A stretch of DNA of 64,000 nucleotides, taken from Chiloscyllium plagiosum (taxonomy: Eukaryota). The notes under the pieces were generated by a model that did not search any database, was not told the DNA's origin, and saw only the letters and a list, made by a program, of their open reading frames with translations. The translations under genes and the position numbers were made by a program. Shown here in pieces: positions 13,862 to 25,889 of this stretch. Location: NCBI RefSeq assembly GCF_004010195.1, contig NC_057754.1:11226859-11290858 (forward strand). The letters are read 5' to 3'. Each line of letters begins with the position of its first letter. Position 1 is the first letter of the stretch.

Positions 13862-16205
13862 GTAGAACAAATAACAAAGAAAATTTACAGCCAAGGAGTA
13901 GGATTTTCGGCCCACCAAGCCCGTGCCGTTCCAAATCCACTGTCTAAACCTAACGCCCAATTCCTAAATCTATTCAATCTCTCTTCATAGCTAGCACTCT
14001 CCAGAGCAGGCAGCATCCTAGTGACCCTCCTTTTACATAACTGCAACATGACCTATTGACTCTTGAATGCAATACCCCATCTGGTGAAGGAAAGAATGTC
14101 GTATGCCTTCTTGACCACTCTACTGAACTGCATTTTCATCTTCAGGGAACAATGGACTTGAACACCCAGATCTCCCTGGACATCAATTTTCACTAGAACG
14201 TTTCCATTTACTGTACAGTTCACTCTTGAATTGGATCTTCCAAAACACATCACCTCACATTTGCCCGGAATGAATTCCACCTGGCAGTTCTCTGCCCAAC
14301 TCTCCAATCTATGTTTATTCTGCTGCATACTCTGACAGTCCCCTTCACTACCTGCTCCTCCACAAATCTTAGTCAATGAGGCAACCTACAACTTCCTCCA
14401 AAACATTTATGTATATCACAAACGGCAGTGGTCCCAGCACAGATTCCTATGGAACACCAGTGGTCACAGGTCTCCTTTTTGAGAACCTCCCTTCCACTAC
14501 TACTCCCTGTCGCTTGTTGCCCATTCAGTTCTCTATCCATCTAGCTAGAATACCCTGGACCCCATGCGACTTTACCTTCGCCATTAGCCTACCCAGGTGA
14601 ACCTTATCAAGCATCTTACTAAAGTCCATGTGTATGACATCTCCATCCCTTCCCTCATCAATCAGCTTTGTTACCTCCTCAAATAATTCTATTAGGCTTG
14701 TAAGATATGACTATCCTTCCACAAAACCATTATTCATCACTGATAAGATTATTTTCTTTCAAACGTGAATATATCCTACCCCTCAGTATGTCTCCAGCAG
14801 CTCCCCAACTACTGATGTCAGACTCAGAGGTCTGGAATTACCTGGATTATTCTTGCTACCCTTCTTAAACAAGAGGACAACATTAGCAATTTTCCAGTTC
14901 TGCGAGATCACTCGTTTTCAATGATGCTGCAAAGATATCTGTTAATGCCTCAGCTATTTCCTCTCTCACTTCCCTCAGTAACCTTGGATAGATTCCAAGC
15001 GGACCAGGGATCTAAGCTTAATGTCTTTTAGCATACCCAACACTCCCACCCTACTTATGCTGCTTTGAGCTAAAGTAATCAAATGTATATCCCTAACCTC
15101 AACATCCTCCATATCCCTCTCCTCGGTGAACACCAATGAAAAGTATTCATTAAGAATCTCAGCCATTTTATCCGACTGCACACATATCTTTCCTCATTTG
15201 TCCTTGATTGGGCCAACCCTTTCTCAAGTTACCCTCTTGGTCTTTATATATAAATAAAAGGCTTTGGGATTTTCCTTAACCCTGTTTGCTAAGGATATCT
15301 CATGACTCCTTGTAGGCCTCTTAATTCGTCGTTTCAGAATGGTCCTACATTCCTGATATTCTTCCAAAGGTTCGTCTGTCTTTAGTTGCCTAGACCTTAT
15401 GTATGCACATTTTTAATCTTAGCTACTCTCACAATTCCACCTGTCTTCCATGGTTCCATAATCTTGCCAAGTCTATTCCTCATTTTAATAGGAACATATC
15501 GCTCTGGAACACTAATCAACTTCTCTGTAAAAGCTTCCCACATATTGAATGTGGATTTATCTTCAAACCGCAGCTCCCAATCTACATTTCCCAGCACCTG
15601 CAGAATTTTGGTATAGTTGGCCTTTCACCAATTTAGCACTCTTCCTTTAAGATCACAATCGTCTTCGTCCATGAGTATTCTAAAACGTATGGAATTGTAA
15701 TCACTATTCCCAAAGTAAGTCCCTACTGAAACTTCAACCATCTGGCCATGCTCATTTCCAAACACCAGGTCCAGTATGGCCCTTCTCGAGTCGGACTATT
15801 TACATACTGCTCTACAAAACCCTCTGGATGGTCCTTATAAATTCTGCTCCATCCAGACCTCTAACACTAAGTGAATCCCAGTCAATTTTGGGAAAATTAA
15901 GATCTTCTATCACCACCACACTGTTGCTCCTATATCTTCCATGATCTGCTTACATATTTGTTCCACTATCTCATGTTCACTGTTGGGAGGCCTGTCATAC
16001 AGCCTCAACATTGTTACTGCACCATCCATTTTGTAATAGTTCCCCAGAACCGGTCCCAATGTCCCAAAATTCGGAACCCCTCCTTCCTGCAACATCTCTC
16101 AAGCAACGCATTCATCAAGCTTATTCTATCATTCCTACTCTGACTAGCACGTGGCACTGGTAGCAATCCTAAGATTACTACCTCTGAGGTCCTACTTTTT
16201 AACTT
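13862..16205 (-). mobile_element. Internally deleted, decayed CR1 LINE
   Basis: ORF2 pieces VEQICKQI, WEAFTEKL..VP, AEILNEYFSLVFT, LESWAENCQVEF..KCEVM. Tail near 13862. Confidence 0.88.
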
Positions 16206-16340
16206 GCTTCCGTGCCCAAATAAGAGAACACGTTTCCAGTCTTTCTAAAGCCCTCAACACAGGAAATTACGGGTCCCAGCTGCAGATGTAACCAAGGCCA
16301 GCATTTAACGGCCCTGAGCAAAATTCACAGCGTTCTTCAT

Positions 16341-16556
16341 TGTACAAAGTTGAAAACCACACAACACCAAGTTATAGACCAACAGCTTGAATTGGTAGCA
16401 CTAGCTTTCGGAGCGCTGCTCCTTCATCAAGTGGTTGTCCACAACCACCTGATGAAGGAACGGCGCCCCGAAAACTAGTGCTTCCAATGGAACCTGTTGG
16501 ACTACAACCCAGTGTTGTGTGATTTTTACACCCCAGTCCAACACCGACATTTCCAA
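16341..16556. mobile_element. Palindromic miniature Penelope-derived element (family A) with two back-to-back hammerhead motifs
   Basis: About 90-bp inverted arms around axis 16439/16440. Hammerhead-like motifs at 16433-16399 (-) and 16446-16480 (+). Same family as 28233-28751. Confidence 0.75.
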
Positions 16557-18149
16557 TCCTTGATTGTAGCTCTTATCCATTCTTTCTGCAGTCCACCTGA
16601 TTAGAACATCGCGCTTCATGCATCTCGTGAGGGCATATGTTGGTAATCTATGACATAAGACTTTGATACAGAAGGTGATGTTGGGTATTTTGAAACTCAT
16701 GAAAGTAGACAAGTCCACAAGTGATGTGACCAGTCCCAGAATTCTGTGGGAGCCAGTTTTGGAAATTGCTGGGGCCTTTTGGGAACAACTGCTGATTTGG
16801 GAGAGAGAATAATCTTTACTTACTACAGCTACAAAACTGAAAATATCTGTTCATGAGGCGAGCACTTTGCTGAACAGTATAATCTCTCAAATTGTAAACC
16901 AAAATGTCTTTCGTTGCACTTTCTTACTTTTGACGTAGTGGCTCCTGAATGTAACTGGACGATTCGCTTAATTCGGATTGAAGTGAATATTGCAAATGGA
17001 ACTGAGTTTAATGTCAGGGTCCTTCACCCAAATTATGGGAACGATGCATGCTGTTTACAATTTCGAAATGCCAGTAGACCTACAGACAGATTCCTCTCTA
17101 AGAAAATAAAAAGCCTCAAATGCTGCAGTGTCTCATGAAATACTGGTGGCGAAGCGGGCCAGACAGCAATCATTACTTTTGATGGCCTGAGGTTACATCC
17201 TGCTGCAGGCAGAGACAGTAAAAATCTCATCTTACTGTGATTGCGATGTGGTGTGGCAGCGGTTTAGGCGCTGACCTTTCTGTCTGTGGGATCAGAAAGG
17301 ATGGACATATTTTGTATCTGATCGCTCAGATCATATCAGATCTATTCATTGCTATTTCTATTGCAGGGCCAATAAAACAAGCGAAAACTAATTTTGATCT
17401 TTGCAAAATACGACCTTGATATTAAAGGTGGTCTGTGCTTTGAGCCACTTGCTCGCGCTGAGCCTGAACATACACTGGTTGCATGGTATTCACTAAATGC
17501 ACCTTCTTCATCAGTAACATGGCTTAAATCCTGCAATACAATTTCAAAAGAACGCGTGATAATTGACCTTCATTGATTAATTGTCTCGCTCGATTTTATT
17601 CCGCATTGTTTCCTGTCTTGGGCAGTGTTTGATAGGAAAGTGAGGGGCAGATTTATACTGGAGCTGTTCACTCCCTCATCTGCACTGGAAAGGTTTGTTC
17701 TAGACTTGACGTGGAAATAAGACTTTGGGCAGTATAAAACAAACTTATTTCTTTTTTATTCGTGTTCTGCATCTGTCCTGATGGTGGTTGAACGAAAGTG
17801 TTCAAGGAGAGTTCTCAGTGTTCACCGTTTTCCTGATTAACATACTTATTTTATCATCAGTATTCAGAGTGATGCCTTTATGAAACGCACACAAAGCTAG
17901 AAATTACTTCAGACAGAAACAGCAGAACAGCCGCTCATTCCACGAGCACTCTTGGTTGAAGGAGGTATTCAATGTGGTTGGATGATCATGCCTCAAGGTT
18001 AGGGTGGTGGCCTGACTTCCACTCTGATAAATCTAACAATAGAACTTGATCAAAGCTGAAGTTATTAATGCCAATGCAATTGAACATGATCTGTGGTCAT
18101 TATTTGGGCACTGCTGTAACCCGAGAAGCATCATCTCATAATTGATGTT

Positions 18150-18918
18150 CATGGTCAATGAAAGGAAATGTTAAGTAATAACTGTGCCACACAAGTGCAG
18201 GAATTGCCTGACTGTAATTAAGTTGAATGTGCGGATAATACCCTGTCGTCCAATGGCATTATCATGAATGGATCACACTTTGACTTCATCTTTGACGGGA
18301 AGCCAAACTGGACAAACAATCTAAACACTTCAGCTACAGGAGCAAGTGAGACATTTATCATTTTTTGGCGTGTATATATCTTGTCTGATCACGCAACCTG
18401 CCAACCACACTTTAAAGCACGAAATAGGATTGTGATGGATTTTTTCCCGTGACTCAGGATGATTACAGGTGCAATAAGACTCAACAGTTTGACGTCATCT
18501 AAAACAGTGTAGCTTTCTCAATTTGTACAATACGCTCAACCTTCAACATTTAATCACTGTCGCACAGTAGCAGCAGCATCTACCTGCTACCAGATGCACT
18601 TACCCGAGTTTCTATCAAAAGGCCTTTGCAAGCCGTGACATCTACCTTGCTGGAGGACACAGGAACCAAAATAAGGGAAACCTGTCAGCTTGAAGTTCTC
18701 CTCTGCACCATTGCGATTTGGAATTATATCAGTTGTTATGCAGTGATTAACATTCATGGAACCCTTTCCCTTACAGCATTGTGGTTTACCTGCACCCTAA
18801 GGAATTAGGCAGTTCAAAGTAGGAATTTTACCAGCACCTGTTTCAGTGCTGTTGGGGATGGGCAAGAGATTCTGATCCTGTTAGAGGTGCCCGTACCCCA
18901 TGAATGAATTAAACAAAA
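18150..18918 (+). mobile_element. Ancient L2/CR1-group LINE 3' end (second copy at about 21200-21977)
   Basis: DGKPNWTNNLNTSATGASETF..KARNRIVMDFFP resembles the LINE ORF2 C-terminal pattern D.KLNW..HI..V......L....YKA.VR..MEY.P. Its tail gggatgggcaa...cccatgaatgaatt is shared with the SINE at 47110-47183. Confidence 0.6.
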
Positions 18919-18959
18919 CTTATTTCATGAGTAAGCATCTAGTCAGAAAGAGACAAGGT

Positions 18960-21900
18960 CTGGATGGTCCTTATAAATTCTGCTCCATCCAGACCTCTAA
19001 CACTAAGTGAATCCCAGTCAATTTTGGGAAAATTAAGATCTTCTATCACCACCACACTGTTGCTCCTATATCTTCCATGATCTGCTTACATATTTGTTCC
19101 ACTATCTCATGTTCACTGTTGGGAGGCCTGTCATACTGCCTCAACATTATTACTGCACCATCCATTTTGTAATAGTTCCCCAGAACCGGTCCCAAAGTCC
19201 CAAAATTCGGAACCCCTCCTTCCTGCAACATCTCTCAAGCAACGCATTCATCGAGCTTATTCTACCATTCCTACTCTGACTAGCACGTGGCACTGGTAGC
19301 AATCCTGAGATTACTACCTCTGAGGTCCTACTTTTTAACTTGCTTCCGTGCCCAAATAAGAGAACTCGTTTCCAGTCTTTCTAAAGCCCTCAACACAGGA
19401 AATTACGGGTCCTAGCTGCAAATGTAACCAAGGCCAGCATTTAACGGCCCTGAGCAAAATTCACAGCCTTCTTCATTGTACAAAGTTGAAAACCACACAA
19501 CACCAGGTGATAGACCAACAGGTTTAATTGGTAGCACTTGCTTTCGGAGCGCTGCTCCTTCATCAAGTGGTTGTCCAATGGAATCTGTTGGACTACAACC
19601 CAGTGTTGTGTGATTTTTAACTTTCTACACCCCAGTCCAACACCGGCATCTCCAATCCTTGATTGTCGCTCTTATCCATTCTTTCTGCAGTCCACCTGAT
19701 TAGAACATCGCGCTTCATGCATTTTGTGAGGGCATATGTTGGTTATCTATGACATAACACTTTGATACAGAAGGTGCTGTTGGGTATTTTGAAACTCATG
19801 AAAGTAGACACGTCCACAAGTGATGTGGCCAGTCCTAGAATTCTGTGGGAGCCAGTTTTGGGAATTGCTGGGGCCTTTTGGGAACAACTGCTGATTTGGG
19901 AGAGAGAATAATCTTTACTTACTACAGCTACAAATCTGAAAATATCTGTTCATGAGGCGAGCACTTTGCTGAACAGTATAATCTCTCAAATTGAAAACCA
20001 AAATGTCTTTCGTTGCACTTTCTTACTTTTGACGTAATGGCTCCTAAATGTAACTGGACGATTCGCTTAATTCGGATTGAAGTGAATATTGCAATTAGAA
20101 CTGAGTTTAATGTCAGGGTCCTTCACCCAAATTATGGGAACGATGCATGCTGTTTACAATTTCGAAATGCCAGTAGACCTGCAGACAGATTCCTCTCTAA
20201 GAAAATAAAAACCCTCAATTGCTGCAGTGTCTCGTGAAATACTGGTGGCGAAGCGGGCCAGACAGCAATCGTTACTTTTGATGGCCTGAGGTTACGTCCA
20301 GCTGCAGGCAGAGACAGTAAAAATCTCATCGTACTGTGATTGCTATGCGGTTTAGGCGCTGACATTTCTGTCTGTGGGATCAGAAAGGATGGACATATTT
20401 TGTATCTGATCGCTCAGATCATATCGGGTCTATTCATTGCTATTTCTATTGCAAGGCCAATAAAACAAGCGAAAACTAATTTTGATCTTTGCAAAATACG
20501 ACCTTGATATTAAAGGTGGTCTCTGCTTTGAACCATTTGCTCGCGCTGAGCCTGAACATACACCGGTTGCATGGTATTCACTAAATGTACCTTCTTCATC
20601 AGTAACAAGGCTTAAATCCTGCAATAATTGACCTTCATTGATGAAGTGTCTCGCTCGATTTTATTCCGCATTGTTTCCTCTCTTGGGCAGTGTTTGATAG
20701 GAAAGTGAGGGGCAGATTTATACTGGAGCTGTTCACTCCGTCATCTGCACTGGAAAGATTTGTTCTAGACTTGACGTGGAAATAAGACTTTGGGCAATAT
20801 AAAACAAACTTATTTCTTTTTTATTCGTGTTCTGCATCTGTCCTGATGGTGGTTGAACGAAAGTGTTCAAGGAGAGTTCTCAAGTTCACCGTTTTCCTGA
20901 TTAACATACTTATTTTATCATCAGTATTTAGAGTGATGCCTTTATGAAACGCACACAAAGCTAGAAATTACTTCAGACAGAAACAGCAGAACAGCCGCTC
21001 ATTCCACGAGCACTCTTGGTTGAAGGAGGTATTCAATGTGGTTGGATGATCATGCCTCAAGGTTAGGGTGGTGGCCTGACTTCCACTCTGATAAATCTAA
21101 CAATAGAACTTGATCAAAGCTGAAGTTATTAATGCCAATGCAATTGAACATGATCTGTGCACTGCTGTAACCCGAGAAGCATCATCTCATAATTGATGTT
21201 CATGGTCAATGAAAGGAAATGTTAAGTAATAACTGTGCCACACAAGTGCAGGAATTGCCTGACTGTAATTAAGTTGAATGTGCGGATAATACCCTGTCGT
21301 CCAATGGCATTATCATGAATGGATCACACTTTGACTTCATCTTTGACGGGAAGCCAAACTGGACAAACAATCTAAACACTTCAGCTACAGGAGCAAGTGA
21401 GACATTTATCATTTTTTGGCGTGTATATATCTTGTCTGATCACGCAACCTGCCAACCACACTTTAAAGCACGAAATAGGATTGTGATGGATTTTTTCCCG
21501 TGACTCAGGATGATTACAGGTGCAATAAGACTCAACAGTTTGACGTCATCTAAAACAGTGTAGCTTTCTCAATTTGTACAATACGCTCAACCTTCAACAT
21601 TTAATCACTGTCGCACAGTAGCAGCAGCATCTACCTGCTACCAGATGCACTTACCCGAGTTTCTATCAAAAGGCCTTTGCAAGCCGTGACATCTACCTTG
21701 CTGGAGGACAAAGGAACAAAAACAAGGGAAACCTGTCAGCTTGAAGTTCTCCTCTGCACCATTGCGATTTGGAATTATATCAGTTGTTATGCAGTGGTGC
21801 TAGATTAACATTCATGGAACCCTTTCCCTTACAGCATTGTGGTTTACCTGCACCCTAAGGAATTAGGCAGTTCAAAGTAGGAATTTTACCAGCACCTGTT

Positions 21901-22010
21901 TCAGTGCTGTTGGGGATGGGCAAGAGATTCTGATCCTGTTAGAGGTGCCCATACCCCATGAATGAATTAAACAAAACTTATTTCATGAGTTAGTCAGAAA
22001 GAGACAAGGT
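18960..22010 (+). repeat. Tandem duplication, copy B (3051 bp)
   Basis: Starts ctggatggtccttataaattc (as at 15824) and ends agtcagaaagagacaaggt (as at 18959). Confidence 0.97.
19478..19655. mobile_element. Duplicated copy of the family A palindromic element, with a 45-bp deletion removing the right-arm hammerhead
   Basis: Alignment to 16341-16556; gtggttgtcc is joined directly to aatgg. Confidence 0.75.
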
Positions 22011-22223
22011 GTCAATCCAATTTGGTTACTCCCTGGTTAATAAAGAAAGGAAGATGGTAAAATGGAAGGAAAGAAGAAAGACATAAAGGAAAGAAGGGAG
22101 TAAGGAACACATTAACGAAGGAAGGGCTAATTATGTACTATCCAGTTATATGACAGAAGAGTAGCAGCAAACGTGCAGTGTGAGACTTCACAAAAATGCT
22201 GTGCAAATAAATATCAAATTGGC

Positions 22224-22229
22224 TTTAAT
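22224..22229 (-). terminator. Candidate polyadenylation signal (ATTAAA) of the GPCR gene
   Basis: About 90 nt past the stop codon, followed on the minus strand by U/GU-rich sequence. Confidence 0.35.
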
Positions 22230-22318
22230 GATGTGAAATGAGGGATATATATTGGTCCCGAGTGATGGTAAGAATTTTCTTTTTTGAATTTGTGGTTTGG
22301 ATTAGACAGTGCTTCACA

Positions 22319-23268
22319 CTATGCTCCATGGGAAATATTGGTAGGACAGTTTTCTGTTTTCCCTGTCGGCCACTTTATGCAGGTGGTGAATATTTGAAAG
22401 GGACACATAAGAATCTCCTTCAATCCCTTTCTGAACATTTTCTGTGATACCACATAGATGAAGATGTTGTTGCAGGAACTGAGTAGCATGGGCATGTTCG
22501 TCGTTTCTTGAAAGATGGACTGTGGGGATCTGAAGTTCAGGCTGCTGACATACTCGTCACGTGCAATCAATCTGTAAAGAAAACGTCCGATATAGGTGGC
22601 CCACAGGAGGAGGAAGCTGAACGTGATGGCAAAGAGTAGGACTATAGACCTCTTACGTTTGTCCATCTCTGAATCAATACGGTTCTCAGCGCATCGGAGC
22701 CTCTTACGGGCTCTGCTCGCTGCAAGAATATGCCTCACTGTCAGGACGTTGAGAAACAGAATGAGGAAGAAAGGGAGAAAAGGAGTTAAGATGCGATCGA
22801 GCCAATGGTAAGCTTGCCATGCAGATGAAGTATGGAAGTTGGGCTTGATGTTACAGAACCAAGGCAACCCATTTAGACTGTATAAGGGCTGATAAATAAA
22901 GTAGTATGGGACGTTCTTGACGCAAATAAAGACACAAATCATTCCTATGACCAGTGATGCAGTTTTCACAGCGCAGTAACTATTCTTCAGGCTCTGGCAG
23001 CAGATAGACACAAAACGATCAATGGTGAAGGCTACTGTCAGCCAAACAGAAGCATCCCGAGCTGCATAGACCAGCACAGCATTTATGCTGCAGCCAGCGG
23101 TGGTTGACAGGACACTATAGCTAAAATAGATGCGGCCAATTCTGTTCAAGATGCATCCAGTAATAATGACAAATAAATCAGCTGCTGCTATTGCCTTCAG
23201 ATAGTAGGTGATGCATCGAGAAAGTCCACATCGTCGTCCAGATAGGACTACTATTGCCAACAAGTTTG
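22319..23268 (-). CDS. GPR139-like class A GPCR, coding exon 2 (end of TM1 to stop)
   Basis: Open frame with ANLLAIVVL (TM1), IAAADL (TM2), SVWLTVAFTIDRFVSICC (TM3, DRF), TPFLPF (TM5), LLLWATY (TM6), SSCNNIFIY (TM7), FRKGL (helix 8). Acceptor tctcttcatcccttacag at 23269-70, phase 1. Confidence 0.93.
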
Positions 23269-23514
23269 CTGTAAGGGATGAAGAGAGTGAAATATGAGAC
23301 TGAATGGGCTGCAATCGTCAGTTTCATTATTCTGGAACTGAAGCAGTATGCTCCATTGATTTTCCATGCTCAACATTTGCCTGTTCCAAAATCATTGTTG
23401 ATGGTTCAATGTTTACGACTGGGTGGAACATTTGTTAATACCGGGGACACAGCAGTCTGCTCCCACCACAGATGTTGCTCTCAGACTACTGCAATGACTT
23501 TTATAGCTGAGAAT

Positions 23515-24745
23515 ACATAGAGTCATAGGGATGCACAGCACAGAAACAGACCCTTCAGTCCAACCTGCCCATGCTGACCACATATCCTAAACCAATCTAG
23601 TCCGACCTGTCAGCACGCAGGCCATATTCCTCCAAACCCTTTCTATTCATATACCCATCCAGATGCCTTTTAAATGTTGCAATTGTACCAGCCTCCACCA
23701 CTTCCTCTGGCAGCTCATTCCACACACATACCACCCTCTCCATGAAAATGTTGTCCCAGAGGTCTCTTTTATATCTTTCCCCTCTCACCATAAACCTATG
23801 TCCTCTAGTTCTGTACACCCCGACCCCAGGGAAAAGACTTTGTCTATTTATCCTAACCATGCCCCTTATAATTTTGTAAATCTCTATAACGTCACCCCTC
23901 AGCCTCCGGCGCTCCAGGGAAAACAGCCCCAGCCTGTCCAGCCTCTCTCTATAGCTCAAATCCTACAATCCTAGCAACATCCTTGTAAATCTTTTCTGAA
24001 CCCTTTCAAGTTTCACAACATCTTTCTGATAGGTAGGAGACCAGAATTGCCTGCAATATTCCAACAGTGGTCTAACCAATGTCCTGTACAGCCACAACAT
24101 GACCTCCCAACTCCTGTACTCAATACTCTGACCAATAAAGGAAAACATATCAAACACCTTATTCACTATCATATCTACCTGCGACTCCACTTTCAAGGAT
24201 CTATGAACCTGCACTCCAAGGTGTCTTTGTTCAGCAACACTCCCCAGGACCTGACTATTAAGTGTTTAAGTTCTGCTGAGATTTTGCTTTCCCAAAATGC
24301 AGCACCTCGCATTTAACTGAATTAAACTCCATCTGCCACTTCTCAGCCTATTGGCTCATCCGATCAAGATCCCGTTGTAAACTGAGGTAACCTTCGCTGT
24401 CCACTACACCTCCAATTTTGGTGTCATCTGCAAACTTGCTAACTATACCTCTTATGCTCACATCCAAATCATTTATAAAAATTTTGAAAATAAGTGGACG
24501 CAGGACCGATCCTTGTGGCACTCCACTGGTCACAGACCTCCAGCTAACCAGTTTCTCATTGGAAACCTTGTCAAATGCCTTACTGATATCCATATAGATC
24601 ACATCTACCGCTCTGCCCTCATCAATCCTCTTTGTTCCTTCTTCAAAAATCTCAACCAAGTTTGTCAGACATGATTTGCTATGCACAAAACCATGTTGAC
24701 TATCTCTAATCAGACCTTGCTTTTCCAAATACATGTTAAGCTTAT
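23515..24745 (-). mobile_element. 5'-truncated CR1 LINE in the GPCR intron, same orientation as the gene
   Basis: [54 protein letters not shown]; (gactctat)n-type tail. Confidence 0.93.
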
Positions 24746-24983
24746 CCTGAGTATCTGCTATCGACAGCTTTAATCAGTCTAAATTCGATTTATCCAGAGA
24801 TACTTATTTATCTACATTGACTTTCTGTCCGTTAATGTTATAGTTTTAATAATTTCATCTCCGAATTTTCAAATCCTGTCCACAATTTCTGCACTCTTGC
24901 GCCTGCGTAATCTTACCATCAGCTGAGATTATCAAGTCTCTCCTGATTCTCTCCAATGCTGGCCTTTTGTGTCACTCTGAAGT

Positions 24984-25065
24984 TAGTTAAAAGCACACAG
25001 TACCAGGTTATAGTCCAACAGGTTTATTTGGAAGCACCAGCTTGTAGAATGCCGTTCCATCATGA
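24984..25065 (-). mobile_element. Short family A Penelope terminal fragment
   Basis: agttaaaagcacac..accaggttatagtccaacaggtttatttggaagcac matches 28231-28285. Confidence 0.65.
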
Positions 25066-25819
25066 ATTTATCCAGTATGATTATTGCTGGTTGCCCATTT
25101 AGTCATTCAAAATGACTCCCTCAGTCAGTCTGCATCTCCTCCCTTCTGAAGGTCCAATCCATTTCTAACTCTGTATCAAAATGTCTGCCAAAACTTCTGT
25201 GAAGCACCCTTACTGTACCAATTTCAGTGGCTTGCGTTACAATTGTAACACTACCATCTCAAGTGGAAATTACAGATGAACAATCATTAATCCCTTTTGT
25301 TAGCAACTGTTACATCCACCGAGGATGTCAAAACAGGATTACCATCATAGACGCCGAAGGTACAAACCTATCAGGAGAACTGAAAATTCGAATCAGCTAT
25401 AAATTTTTCAACTACACTTGTTTCTTCCACCATCCTTCCACTCATTCTTGGGATTATATGAATGACGCTAAATGATCTTGAAACTAAACAAAGCTATTGT
25501 TTCACATCACATTAAATACACTAGATTAAGTCTTACAATATTATGTCAGAAGTTCACGTTAAAAGCATAATATCAAATGTCCAAATATTTCAAAAAACTG
25601 ACAAATATCAGCTTTATAAAAGTAATGTATTAATTTAAAAACTCTGAAATACAAGTGCGAATAATGCCATTATTTACCATAACATATACCAATAAATTGT
25701 AATGCACATGAATTCCGGGATTCTCGGGTAACATTGGATATTAAAAGTACTATGAAACAGAAAAGCAAATGTTTATGTGCAATAAAAGAAAATTATTTAG
25801 TTTGTAATCCATTAATTAC

Positions 25820-25889
25820 CAGGGGCACCAATAACAGCAAGAAAGGGATAGACAATGGCAAAGAAGAGCCCATTTGCTGGTCCATGCAT
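25820..25889 (-). CDS. GPR139-like GPCR, coding exon 1 (MHGPANGLFFAIVYPFLAVIGAP)
   Basis: 70 nt from ATG (aaggATG) to donor CTG|gtaatt. Phase 1 matches exon 2 and completes TM1 (YPFLAVIGAPAN). Spliced CDS is 1020 nt = 339 aa; intron is 2551 bp. Confidence 0.88.

Larger units (their letters stand above)
15824..18959 (+). repeat. Tandem duplication, copy A (3136 bp)
   Basis: Collinear with 18960-22010. Junction ...gagacaaggt|ctggatggtcc. ORF-track peptides recur in both copies. Confidence 0.97.

Noticed and set aside
23269..23314. ORF-track N-terminus MQPIQSHISLSSSLT of the GPCR
   Set aside because: It is the intron polypyrimidine tract; the real start is in exon 1 at 25889.
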